NCBI RefSeq assembly: GCF_006345805.1
Contig: NC_043012.1
Location: 4,216,001 to 4,280,000 of the forward strand
Source: Octopus sinensis
Lineage: Eukaryota
DNA length: 64,000 bases
Reading direction: 5' to 3'
Shown here: piece by piece, positions 12,271-24,320 of the stretch
Layout: each line of letters begins with the position of its first letter
Numbering within the stretch: position 1 is the stretch's first letter
Notes under the pieces: generated by a model
Told to the model about the DNA's origin: nothing
Database searches by the model: none
Seen by the model: only the letters and a program-made list of their open reading frames with translations
Position numbers and translations under genes: made by a program

Positions 12271-12469
12271 TTTTGGAAACCTGTAAATAAAATTGTTTAA
12301 TTTTGAACACGAACAGAATTCATTGCCTTCTGATTCTTTCTGTATGGCATTATCAAATGCCTGTCTACATTCCAGCCAAATTGTATATTTATCCAGTTTT
12401 TTGCTAAAAGAGTATTTGTACTCAAATGCATCTCACATAACATGCACACTCACACACAAACATCATCAT
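12271..12469. repeat. Local ~200-bp direct repeat, copy 1 (contains exon-like 12327-12403 on the - strand)
   Basis: Near-identical to 14922-15123. Confidence 0.9.
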
Positions 12470-12943
12470 GGAAGGGTGGTTAGAGCTTTGGATAAAATGC
12501 CATGTGATATTTCTTTTGGCTCTCTGTACAGTGAGATCAAATCATACTAAGGTCAACTTTATTTTTTGTCCCCTCAAGGCCAATAAAATATCAATCCAGG
12601 GTAGTTGAATCATTGGAATTGTTGAAAGTGTTGGATATGATTTGTCTTGCCACATCTGTTCAAGGCTCTTTGAGTTCTGGTGAAAACAACTGGGACGACA
12701 CTGGTGTAAAACCTTATCAAACCTTTTCCCTTTGCTTGGATAGCATCTGCTGTGTGAAGAAGAAGAAGGGGAGACTTTCATGCATGGGAAAAAAACCATT
12801 CTAAATCTGCACCTTAGAAAGGAGCTCAAGACGTAGGTCTACATCCACCATCTCATCAGGCATAGGAAGGCCCTGGATGAATTTGTTTATGCACAAAAGT
12901 TTTGCGTTGCTTTTCTTTTTGCTTTTGACTTGACAAACAAAAA

Positions 12944-13130
12944 CAAGGCTGTGTGGTGGAAAAGCTTGCTTCATAACCACATGGTTTTCGGTTCAGTCCC
13001 ATTGTGTGGCCCGTTGAGCAAGTGTTTTTTCTTTTTCATTATTATAACCTCGACCTGACCAAATCTTTGTGAGTGGATTTGGTAGACAGGAACTGAAAGA
13101 AGCTGTTGTATTATATGCGTGTGTGTGCTT
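12944..13130 (+). mobile_element. SINE family A head/core
   Basis: GGCTGTGTGG...GTGAGTGGATTTGGTAGAC. Confidence 0.75.
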
Positions 13131-13850
13131 GAAATTTGTGTTTCTCTGAAAATTCCGTGCTACAAGTGGTGATATCATTCTTGTGTCAATAAATCATCCC
13201 CTGGCTTGATGTCTTTGAGGTTGAGTGAAATAAAACAATAAAACATTCTTTACTTGAAAAACTTTTAACTTAGTGGTGGGAAGGATGTCTGGCTGCGAAA
13301 ACAATGACTCAATAATATTGTCATGTGATTGCTACTAACATAGAGAAATAACTGTAAAGACCAATAGAAGGCAGAAAGAATATCATTGAGTATTTGCACA
13401 TGATTAAGATATGGTGCCTGAAGTCTTCTATGGGTGTGTGTGTGTCATTTGATTAATTTAAGCCTAACCCTAATACCTGACCTGCTTTGATATCGTGTGC
13501 TGTTCATGTACACAAACCTGCTATTAATCATATCAACCCCTGTGGTGACTGGTAAATATTTTAACCCTAACCCCAGTAGTGTACATTGATTGCCCCTTTT
13601 TTTCTTTCAAATGAGTTCAACAAGAATGTAGTAAGACGTGATAAATCTGTTTTTTTTTTTACTGGAGCATGGGTTAGTTGTTTGGACAGGCACCAATCAG
13701 GAATGGTTGGCATTGCACAGGTTCAAACAACAACTTCTGCCCAAGTTTAGAACACACCAAAAAACAATAAGTTTAGTTAGTTGCTGTTAGTTCATTGGAA
13801 GGTTAACTATATTGTTTTAAGCTCCTCATTCAGAAAATGGAAAGTTACCT

Positions 13851-14172
13851 ACTCTTTTACTTGTTTCAGTCATTTGACTGTGGCCATGCTGGAGCACTGC
13901 CTTTAGTCGAACACATCGACCCCAGGACTTATTCTTTGTAAGCCTAGTACTTATTCTATCGGTCTCTTTTTGCCAAACCGCTAAGTTACGGAGATGTAAA
14001 TACACCAGCATCAGTTGTCAAGCGATGTTGGGGGTACAAACACAGACACACAAACACACATACATATATGTACATATATATACGACATGCCCAAGGTGCC
14101 ATGCAGTGATACTGAACCTGGAACCATGTGGTTGGTAAGTAAGCTTCTTACCACACAGCCACTCCTGCACCT
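13851..14172 (-). mobile_element. SINE family A with internal core deletion
   Basis: Tail and head present; most of the core is missing. Confidence 0.85.
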
Positions 14173-14454
14173 ATAGTTTCCTTTCCTAGTCATTATGATT
14201 ATTGGGCTAAGTTTTCTTTAGTAACTCTAAATCCTTGTGCTCAGTTTTTAAGTAGTTAGGAGTCTTATTATATCATTTTATCTTGTTGGCTGAAATTGGT
14301 TTCTTCAGCAAAACTAGTATCCACACTATAACATTTGTCCAGCTTTGTAACATGGAATTGATATCAGCTCTAGTCTAGAGACCCTGTAATATGTAGTAAG
14401 TGAAACAGAATATATTCGTCTTCCACTGTTATTCCTGCAAGACTGAAGGTCTAC

Positions 14455-14888
14455 ATTATGATTATTTGCCCACCGTAGGGTGAACTGCTGTGCTTGAGGA
14501 GACCTATTGAGTCAAGTACATCAACATCAAAATAAATATCAAATGGAAATTGTAGTTGTGATACCTGTGCTGGTGGCATGTAAAAAGCACCATTCGAATG
14601 TGGCTGATGCCAGTGCTGCCTTGACTGGCTTCTGTGCCGGTGGCACGTAAAAAGCACCAACTGATCGTGGCTGTTTGCCTCCTCTGGCCCCTGTGCCAGT
14701 GGAATGTAAAAAGCACCCACTACACTCACAGAATGGTTGGTGTTAGGAAGGGCATCCAGCAGTAGAAACACTGCCAGATCAGACTGGAACGTGGTGCAGC
14801 CTCCTGGCTTCCCAGACCCCGGTCGAACTGTCCAACCCATGCTAGCACGGAAAACGGTTGTTAAACGATGATGATGATGATGATGATT
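14455..14888 (+). mobile_element. RTE 3' UTR fragment
   Basis: Subrepeats, hairpin and (GAT)n. Confidence 0.88.
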
Positions 14889-14921
14889 GTAAGTTTTCTT
14901 GTTACACACATTTGTTCAGCA

Positions 14922-15123
14922 TTTTTGGAAACCTGTAAATAAAATTGTTTCATTTTGAACACGAACAGAATTCATAACCTTCTGGTTCTTTCTGTATGGC
15001 ATTATCAAACGCTGATCTACATTCCAGCCGAGTTGTATACCTATCCAGCTTCTTGCTAAAAGAGTATTTGTACTCAAATGCATGTCATATAACATGCACA
15101 CTCACACACAAACATCATCATCA
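14922..15123. repeat. Local ~200-bp direct repeat, copy 2 (contains exon-like 14979-15055 on the - strand)
   Basis: Near-identical to 12271-12469. Confidence 0.9.
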
Positions 15124-15139
15124 TCTTCCTCATTTATCT

Positions 15140-15772
15140 CTGTAGCATATCTGGCCAGAATATTTTACTTGTTTATTGCTCAAACTGACCAAATCTGGTC
15201 TCTTTCACCTATCCTATGATGTCATACTAAAAATAAACAATCACATCATTGAAATCTCAATGCAACAAGATAATGTATGATTAATTCAAAACAGTAGACG
15301 TAGGAGTGGCTGTGTGGTAAGTAGATTGCTTACGAACCACATGGTTCTGGGTTCAATCCCACTGCGTGGCACCTTGGGCAAGTGTCTTCTACAATAGCCT
15401 TGGGCCGACTAAAGCCTTGGTGAGTGGATTTGGTAGACGGAAACTGAAAGAGGCCCATCGTATATATGTTCATATATATATGTATGTGTGTGTATACGTT
15501 TGTGTGTCTGTGCTTGTTCCCCCAACATCGCTTGACAACCAATACTGGTGTGTTTATGTCCTCGTAACTTAGCAGTTCGGCAAAAGAGACCGATAGAATA
15601 AGTACTAGGCTTACGAAGAATAAGTCCTGGGATTCGATTTGCTCGACTAAAGGCAGTGCTCCAGCATGGCCACAGTCAAATGACTGAAACAAGTAAAAGA
15701 GTAAAAGAGAGTAAAGAGAATATGAATGAAAAAGCATTACGTTTGACAGAGTAATTTGAATACTAAAGGGTT
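15140..15772 (+). mobile_element. Family K MITE split by a SINE A insertion
   Basis: K sequence on both sides of the SINE; ends TACTAAAGGG. Confidence 0.65.
15296..15720 (+). mobile_element. SINE family A, full length
   Basis: Head, core, tail and (GAGTAAAA)n end. Confidence 0.92.
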
Positions 15773-16790
15773 TATGTCTACACTTCCATGCTTGCGTGGG
15801 TCAAATGAATTTTCTTGAGGTAGATGTTGTTATTGTTGTCAACTCTCATATGTTTGCAAGCAAGGTAATATTATCTTGTAGCCAGACATGTTTTTCGTGG
15901 AAGACAGGAAACGAACAAACTTGTTGGCATGATGATGATGATCATGTTCGTTTATAACCATCACATGATGTTTAAACTAGGGTATACACACAGTCTCACG
16001 CGCACATACACAGACACACCCACCCATCAACATATATATATCAGATTAAAGCGTACACACACACACACCCACCCATCAACATATATATCAGATTAAAGTT
16101 AAAGAAATATATATATCAGATTAAGGTACACACACATACACACGATGGGCTTCCACGTAGTTTCTGTCTACCAGTTCTACTCAAAGAGCATTGGTCAATC
16201 CAATGCTATGGTAGAAGACACTTACCCAATGGGCTGTGTGGTGAGATTGAACCTGAAATCTCATGGTTGCAAACCAAGCTTCTGAGCCATTCGTCCATGC
16301 CTGCAGAAGTTTGGATTTGGGGGTGGGGTTGACGTGTAATGGCAGAGATTAATTCATGGAAAAAAAATAAACATCAAACTCTGTTTTCTGAAACGGGAAA
16401 TGGTTAGTGGTATTCCTTGAGAAAAGAGAGAGAGAGAGAGAAGCTCAGGTAGCGAGTGTTTGACAGCAGTTGTTTTCATTTTTTGTTTCTTTTATCTTAT
16501 TCCTTTACGGTATCACAAAGAAATGTGCTAATTCTGTAAATCTCCGCAAAATTATTTCCTGCAAGACGGTTCTTGGAGATAAGCGGTTCGATGATCTAAG
16601 GGAGGTAACTTATACAGACATTTGATTTTTCCACAGTCGGAAAGTCGACTTATTAACGTTGTAGTTGGTGCTCCTTTTTGGAAGATAATTTATATCGTTT
16701 ACACTCCAAGCAAAAAAAAAATGTTCAGATTGACCAGCTATTAACTCAAGTACCCAGAACAATGTAACTGCTGACTCAAATACTCATTGT

Positions 16791-16914
16791 AATGAGGGCC
16801 GGTTTCCCGGTTTCCTTGGCGTATAGGTTCCCCACCTGGACTTGACGCCAGTCCGTCGCAGGTGAGCTGCAAGAGGAAAGAGTCCGCTGCTCTAACCACT
16901 TGGCCATGTGCCTC
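16791..16914 (-). mobile_element. SINE family B1, internally deleted
   Basis: Head joined directly to the V-like tail. Confidence 0.7.
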
Positions 16915-17419
16915 ACTTAAACATTCATGTAAGTTTTGACACACGGTCTCAGACCAAATCACTTACCTGAGAAGTACACCTCCGAAAGTCCAATAAATCA
17001 TAATTTCATTTCATTTTACTTGCAATTAAACACAGTTTTTAGTTCTCATTATTGTTGAACATCGTGTTAGTTGCTTTGAATGTACCCAGTAAAAGTATAG
17101 AAATATGCATTAGAAATGTTTCTTAGCGTCTTCTCTAATAGGAAGCATGAAGTCTAAGAATGTTTTTAGAAGATCTGATATCTATTTTTGGTAGACGATT
17201 AAGCTGAAACTGGAGTAGTTTTGCTATCCTAACCAGAAATAAAACAAATCAAATCATTTACAGCAGATTTGAACAAAATTCTTGATCTATAAAATCAAAT
17301 CCCGATCACTTCGGCATATTGTCTTTCTCAACATCATCGTTTTAAAGTCCAGTTCTCCATGCTTTCATGGAAAACGGACTCTAAAACGTCGACTATAAGT
17401 TTCCATGACTCAAAACTAA

Positions 17420-17645
17420 AAATTCTGTTGTCTGGTGACTCTCAACAACTATAGAAGAGGTTGTAAGACGCAAAAAATATTTTAGAAAAATAGAGGAAAT
17501 GAGTTGAAGTTTTACCGGTAAGTGTGTTAAATTATAAGGCACTAAAAGAGAATGACGACTCTCCCCAGACACAACAGAAAATGCTTCAACACACAAACTC
17601 ACATAAAGAACCTTGCAAACCAAATCCAAAAACGAAATAAAACTA
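17420..17645 (+). mobile_element. Family M foldback element (one arm plus a remnant of the other)
   Basis: Homologous to 26551-26860 and 57527-57775. Confidence 0.7.
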
Positions 17646-18714
17646 AAAATGTTTGGATAGAAAAAAAAAACCTAACACATTTTATTTTTACTAATAATTT
17701 TAGTAACAGAAACAATTAATTATATAGTTCTCTGACGCATGGAAGCCACAGTAAGCTTCGGTAGGATTCCAACTCCCGAAGTAAAGAGATACAGCCAGAC
17801 ACTGTCCGATATTCTGCCCAATGCTAATAAGATGATATTCTGGTTACTCTAACGTTAAATTATCTCCCTTGTTTATCAAACAGCGTTAGGATCTCAGGGG
17901 AAGTAACTCCTGAATTAACAAAATTCTTTCTATTATATGTGAAGGCGTTGTAGAATTAGGAGAAAGGGGCATACATTGTAAGGTTGGCTTAGAACGCTGA
18001 CAGCCCAGACATCGGCCCTAAGTGCTCCATACTTTCGATTTACTTTCTCTGGGTTGAGAACTGGAAGAGTGTATATTATCTGTTTCCACAATTCAGTGAT
18101 TTGTGTCAGAAAAAGATTTTAGCTGTGACAAAAATTACTTATTACTTTGACTACCAATATTAATACGGGTTAAGAAGTTATATATTACAAAGAATATGAT
18201 TATTTAAAAAATAAATAAGTTATAAATCATGTTTGGTCCTTCCTTCGAATCAGTTTACATCTCTGATTGCCATGAGTTTTTTGATTTCTGGATGGGATTT
18301 GAACCCAAGCCATTAATTCCTAAACTAGGGATTATGATACTTGCTTCCACTGGGGTTGTAGTTCTCAATTAAGCTTGCATCCAAATAACTTTTCTTTCTT
18401 TGTTTTATTCATTGTCTTAGTGTTAGAAAATTAAAAATGTTTAAAAACCATCTTAATTTTACGAACACACAACCCATTGCTACTTTTTCAACACTCATTG
18501 CTCCCATCCGACAAGAAACACTGCACTATGCCATACAGAACATGGTGACTGGAGATTAAACTCCTTGAAATGGTGTAAGATGTGAATAACTTTAAGCAAG
18601 TCTCATCTCTGAAGATAAGATTAATAATCAGGAAAATTAGAATCATATAAAATAGATGTCCTGCTTGTAATTATGTAATAAATTGTTTTCTATACTAAAA
18701 GACTTCTTGAATGC

Positions 18715-18920
18715 ACTTTAGCCCTTTGATATTTACAGTGGCCATATCCAGCCCATATCCTACCTGATTTATGTCCAGGGTAGCTAGATCTGGCCTCTCA
18801 CACCTTTCCTACACTGTCATTCTGAAAATAACCAGTCACATTGTTGAAATCTTGAAGATACAAGATAATGCATGATAAATTAAAAACAATATGAATAGAT
18901 ATGTGTTATATTTGACAGAG
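18715..18920 (+). mobile_element. Family K MITE
   Basis: GGCCATATCCAG...AGATCTGGCCTCTCACACCT...TTTGACAGAGT. Confidence 0.65.
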
Positions 18921-19231
18921 TGATCTCAAGAAAATCACCCACATGGAGGTCTTGTGAGTCACGTTTTGTGTTCCGCAATCGAAAGGATAAATAGTACAAC
19001 CTGTACCGAGAATCCCAACTGCTTAGGATTGTTTGTTCAACAATGTCGAAGCCTGACTGACTTGACTCGTACTTTATTTTAGTGACTGCAAACATGAAAA
19101 GACAAAGCTGACTTCAGCAGGATTTGAACTCTGAATGTAATGTGTTGGAAGAAGCATTTTGTCAAACATGGTTACGATTCTGGCAACTCGTCTTTAGAGA
19201 GTGTATGTAGAGAGCGGGGCTAAAGGAAATG

Positions 19232-19565
19232 GGTACTTTTTGGTTATCTCACCCCTATTAAAACATTGCCATTAAAAAATTGGGTTATCTCTAAAAAGTT
19301 GAGTTTATGTTGTGACAAGAGATTGAATTAAAAGGATTAGATCCTTTTGATTCAATACTTCTACACATTGTTGACTTTTGGACCCCTCAATAAGCATGGT
19401 ATGATTTCTTATAAAAATATTACGAGATTCAATAAAATGTTTAATCATTTCACTTTTCATGCTTATTATTTTTTCATTTTTTTTTAATTAAGGGTTAAAC
19501 AATTTTTTTTAGTTGGGGGAGATAACCCAATTTTTTAAATGGGGGTGAGATAACCAAAAAGTACC
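19232..19565. mobile_element. MITE with 24-bp perfect TIRs and 8-bp TSD (Merlin-like)
   Basis: TIR GGTACTTTTTGGTTATCTCACCCC at both ends; TSD AGGAAATG at 19224-19231 and 19566-19573. Confidence 0.85.
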
Positions 19566-20009
19566 AGGAAATGAATTGTCAGACAAGTAGATCCTCACAC
19601 AAAGCAGATGGTTTAGTATTTTCTGAATCGCGCCTGGAGTTGTCTCCCATGCTTGCCGAAACTGAAAATATTAGTTATTGAATCAATGTTTTTATGTTTA
19701 TAAATTTGTTTTGTAAGATTTCTGATGTGAAATCGCGTGCTGAAGCAGATATTGTTATATTTAGGGACAGTCATTTTTTTTTTACTTGCCAAATCAATAC
19801 ATGCACTGTATATTCTGTCTTCACTCTTGTATTATTTTATTTTATCGTATGTCTATTGTCTGGAAATCATTTGTCACACATCGGTGACCTCTTCAGCAAC
19901 TCTTCCATCCCACATGTCTCTTGTTACGAAGAGGTCACAGATGTGTGACAAATGATTTCCAGACAATGGACATAAGATAAAAATAAGAACAATAATAAAC
20001 AAATAATAT

Positions 20010-20508
20010 AGGCGTAGGAGTGGCTGTGTGGTAAGTAGCTTGCTTATGAACCACATGGTTCCGGGTTCGGTCCCACTGCGTGGCACCTTGGGCAAGTGTC
20101 TTCTACTATAGCCTCGGGCCGACTAAGGCTTTGTGAGTGGATTTGGTAGACGCAAACTGAAAGAAGCCTGTCGTGGCACGTAAAAAGCACCCACTACACT
20201 CACGGAGTGGTTGGCGTTAGGAAGGGCATCCAGCTGTAGAAACATTGCCAGATAAGACTGGAGCCTGGTGCAGCCTTCTGGCTTCCCAGATCCCCGGTCG
20301 AACCGTCCAACCCATGCTAGCATGGAGAACGGACGTTAAACGATGATGATGATGATATATATATATATTTATATATATGTGTGTGTGTGTGTGCATATGT
20401 TTGTGTGTCTGTGTTTGTCCCCCAAAACACAGACACATATATATTATATATATATATATGTATGTGTGTGTATATGTTTGTGTGTCAAACACAGACACAT
20501 ATATATAT

Positions 20509-20567
<59 letters not shown>

Positions 20568-20795
20568 TGTATGTATGTGTGTGTATATGTTTGTGTGTCT
20601 GTGTTTGTCCCCCCAACATCGCTTGACAACCGATGCTAGTGTGTTTGCATCCCCGTAACTTAGCGGTTCTGGAAAAAGAGACCGATAGAATAAGTACTAG
20701 GCTTACAAAAAATAAAACTTGGGGTCGATTTGCTCGACAACAGGCGGTGCTCCAGCATGGCCACAGTCAAATGACTGAAACAAGTAAAAGAGTAA
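20010..20795 (+). mobile_element. SINE family A containing a nested RTE 3' tail
   Basis: Family A head/core to ~20172, RTE tail, then family A linker and tail. Confidence 0.9.
20173..20356 (+). mobile_element. RTE 3' tail nested in SINE A
   Basis: GTGGCACGTAAAAAGCACCC...(GAT)n. Confidence 0.9.
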
Positions 20796-21099
20796 GTGAA
20801 TGAATGAATAATAAACAATATAGTGTGTGTGTTTATTTGTCAAGGTAAAACAATGACCGTCCCAAAGTATAACAGTAAATGTTTTTCATTGGTTTACTAG
20901 AATTTCCAAATAAGGATTCTGACGTTCGTTATATAAATATGTGGCGTCCCATTTAACTGGTGATTTCTTACACCGAGAGATGAATGAGAAAATGGTCTGT
21001 GAAAGAGAGGATGAGAGAGGAATGTGTTATGGGAAGAGGATGAGGCGTGAGGGAGATGCGTGAGGGGAAAAGGATGGGGTGGATATTTGTTTGACAGAA

Positions 21100-21560
21100 A
21101 GAAGAGGGAGGGGAAACTCATCTGTAAAAGAGAAGGACAGGGAGGGAGATGTATAAGGGAGAGAACGAGAGGGAGAGAGAATGAGGAAGAGAAGGAAAAG
21201 GAAAGAGAGAGAAAGGAAGAGAAGGAAAGGGAGAGAGAGAGAGAAAGGAAGAGAAGGAAAGAGAGAGAGAGAGAAAAGAGAGAGAAAGAGAAACTGAGAA
21301 AGTGATCTGTGGAAAGGGATATCAAAGAGAGGGGGGGAGAGAGAAAAGAGAAAGGGAGAGAGAGAGAGAGTGAGTGAGAGAGAGAGAAAAAGAGAAAGGG
21401 TGAAAGGGAAAGGAGAAAGAGAAAAGAGAGAGAAAGAGAAACTGAGAGAGAAAGAGAAACTGAGAAAGTGATCTGTGGAAAGGGATATCAAAGAGAGGGG
21501 GGGAGAGAGAAAAAGAGAAAGGGAGAGAGGGAGAAAGAAGGAGTGAGTGAGCAGTAACAA
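21100..21560. repeat. GA-rich low-complexity tract with internal duplication
   Basis: GAAACTGAGAAAGTGATCTGTGGAAAGGGATATC occurs twice. Confidence 0.85.
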
Positions 21561-21936
21561 AGAAAAAGAGGATAGAAAAAGAATGAGGTGCAATAGGAGA
21601 AATATTAAGATCAAAGGCATCAGACAATATTCATTCTCCAATGCGATGAGGTGGGGGTGGGTCATCTCTCTTTCCTTACATACACACAAACACACACACA
21701 TACACACACATACATACATACATACACGCTTTAGATATTTCATCCCTTCATGTAACGTGGAGTTACCCCTATGTATCTCTCAGATTTCCTTCAAATCACG
21801 TTACTATCTTGAAGAAGAAGTAATATCAAATATACTGTCAGAAAATAAGACGGATTCGTTGCAACTGGAACTTAGGACTAAAAACAACAACAACAACAAC
21901 AGCAGCAACAGCAATAACAACAACATCTTGTTTATT

Positions 21937-21976
<40 letters not shown>

Positions 21977-22001
21977 TATTATTATTATTATTATTATTAT
22001 T

Positions 22002-22560
22002 GAGTGGAAGATCATTGCATGCCATCAGAATGACACTGGGGTACAAATATATGAAGCTCAGTATACTCATCATGACTACCCATCTGATAAGGGTACACCA
22101 GGCACGTGCATCACAACTATATGTGCGTGACATGGTGATCTCATATCAAGAGAAACAATGCTTGACCTTGCAGGTGGGACCCAGTTAGAATTTTCATCTG
22201 GTCGAGTAACCCATCCCGCTCTAAAGGTCCCTGAATAAGGGTTGTTTAAGGATGTTGAATGAAACACCCATGTTTCCAGAGGTGAACTATTCAAACCCCA
22301 AAGAATTCTTCACAACACATGGCTATGATGCTCCCCCACTACTTCTGCTCGTGATCAGAGATGCACATATCGTCAGCCACTAAGGAACATGCTCAGTTAG
22401 TTATGGTCAAACAAATGACTAGCAAATCTGTGGTATTGAGCAGAATATTTGCTGTAGCCCATCTTTTATACCAAGACAAAACAATGTACATGATAACATT
22501 TCCAATCAGTTAAGATCAGAAGCCATGAGAGCCACTGCCTGGTACTGCATCAGAGCATTT
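22002..22560 (-). mobile_element. Unclassified ~560-bp non-coding element embedded in (TAA)n
   Basis: Higher-complexity sequence flanked on both sides by (TTA)n; its end recurs at 23313 and 23409. Confidence 0.6.
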
Positions 22561-22581
22561 ATTATTATTATTATTATTATA

Positions 22582-22740
22582 ATTAAGGTGGTGAGCTAGG
22601 AGAATCATTAGCTTGCTGGGCAAAATGCTTAATGGTATTTCGTCCATTCTTATGTTCTGAGTTCGAATTCTACTGACTTTGCCTTTCATCCTTTTGGAGT
22701 CTATAATTTATGTACCAGTTACACACTGGGGTCGAAGTAA
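22582..22740 (+). mobile_element. tRNA-derived SINE, family E (Deu/Nin-like centre)
   Basis: GAGTTCGAATTC B-box and GACTTTGCCTTTCATCCTTTT core. Confidence 0.75.
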
Positions 22741-22800
22741 TCATCATCATCATCATCGTCGTCGTCGTCGTCGTCGATGTCATCATCATCATCATCATCA

Positions 22801-22832
<32 letters not shown>

Positions 22833-22929
22833 ATCATCATCTTCATCGTCATCTTCATCATCGTCATCATCATCATCATCACCACCATCATCAAAATCAT
22901 CATCATCATCATCATCGTCGTCGTCGATG

Positions 22930-22961
<32 letters not shown>

Positions 22962-23117
22962 GTCGTCGTCGTCGTCATCGTCGTCATCATCATCATCATC
23001 GTCGTCGTCGTCGTCATCATCATCTTCATCATCATCTTCATCATCATCATCATCATTATCGTCATCATCTTCATCATCATCTTCATCATCATCTTCATCA
23101 TCATCGTCATCATCGTT
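22741..23117. repeat. Mosaic (ATC/GTC/TTC)n trinucleotide array
   Basis: Direct reading. Confidence 0.97.
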
Positions 23118-23257
23118 ATTAAGGTGGTGAACTGGCAGAATTGTTAGCACAGTGGATGAAATGTTTAGTCGTATTTCGCCCATTGTTACGTTCTGAGTTC
23201 AAATTCCACTGAGGTTGACTTTTCCTTTCTTCCTTTTGGGGTGAATACATTAAGTAG
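23118..23257 (+). mobile_element. SINE family E
   Basis: GAGTTCAAATTCC B-box; same 5' start as the copy at 22582. Confidence 0.75.
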
Positions 23258-23279
23258 CCTTGTGCCTTTAGTAGAAAGG

Positions 23280-23312
<33 letters not shown>

Positions 23313-23348
23313 GAGTGAGAGAGCAGTGCATGCCATCAAAGTGACACA

Positions 23349-23408
<60 letters not shown>

Positions 23409-23444
23409 GAGTGAGAGAGCAGTGCATGCCATCAAAGTGACACA
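23313..23444 (-). mobile_element. Two 36-bp terminal remnants of the 22002 element within (TTA)n
   Basis: GAGTGAGAGAGCAGTGCATGCCATCAAAGTGACACA at 23313-23348 and 23409-23444. Confidence 0.75.
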
Positions 23445-23505
<61 letters not shown>

Positions 23506-23694
23506 TGTTTGTTGTGTTTTTTTGCCAGCCATATTTGTATTTTAGAGAAAAAACAAATATTGAAGAAAGTGGGAGAGGAGGTGTTTATCAGAAAAAGTGG
23601 TGGGTATTAGAGAAATATAGACAGACAGACAGAAAGAGATTCATAACCAAAAGGAAGTGAAAGAGAGAGAGAGTGAGAGAGAAAGAGAGAAGAC

Positions 23695-23725
<31 letters not shown>

Positions 23726-24287
23726 AGGAGGAACTATAAGAGTTCAGGTAACAATAAACCTTGTAAGACTCAAGTGAATCATGTGATTATGCAATGTGGG
23801 TCATGTGATGATCAGATGAGTCACATGTTTTTTCAGTAAGCAGAAATCTTGCATTTTTTTTCTCTTACAGGAACAGAAGGAAAGGGACTCCATCAGAGAA
23901 AAACAAGAATAAACAAAACAAATTAAGAAACAAAAACATGTTGAATATGAATTTCGTATTCAGAAATTGAATCTTAACGCACAAATCTTTGATGACTGTT
24001 TTGAAGTTGTAGTGTGGTTTTGACAATGAAGGCATGAAGATTACGAACAATATTGTGATTAGAATTAATAAGAAAAAGAAATAGAAATAGCTTGCCCAGG
24101 CGATCGAGAAGCTTGCTTTGCAAATGTATAGTTTTGGGTTCAGTCCTATTGTGTGGTATCTTGGGCAACAAGTGTCTTCTACTAATGCCTCAGGCTGAGA
24201 AATGGCTTGTGAGTGAATTTGAAAGAGAGAAACTGTGTGGAAACCTGCCATTCATACACACACACACACATACACACACACACACAC

Positions 24288-24320
<33 letters not shown>

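Noticed and set aside
13460-13575. Telomere-like CCTAAC/TTAGGG motifs (also near 30880 and 31160)
   Set aside because: They are isolated single units, not an interstitial telomeric array.
22480-22560. HDV-like ribozyme at the presumed 5' end of the TAA-embedded element
   Set aside because: P2- and P3-like pairings exist, but only about 10 nt remain for P1', P4 and J4/2, which is too short.
22670-23183. Long poly-His/Asp/Ser/Met/Ile ORFs (also 32956-33383, 59653-60235, 60379-61859)
   Set aside because: All frames stay open only because of trinucleotide arrays; there is no splice or domain support.
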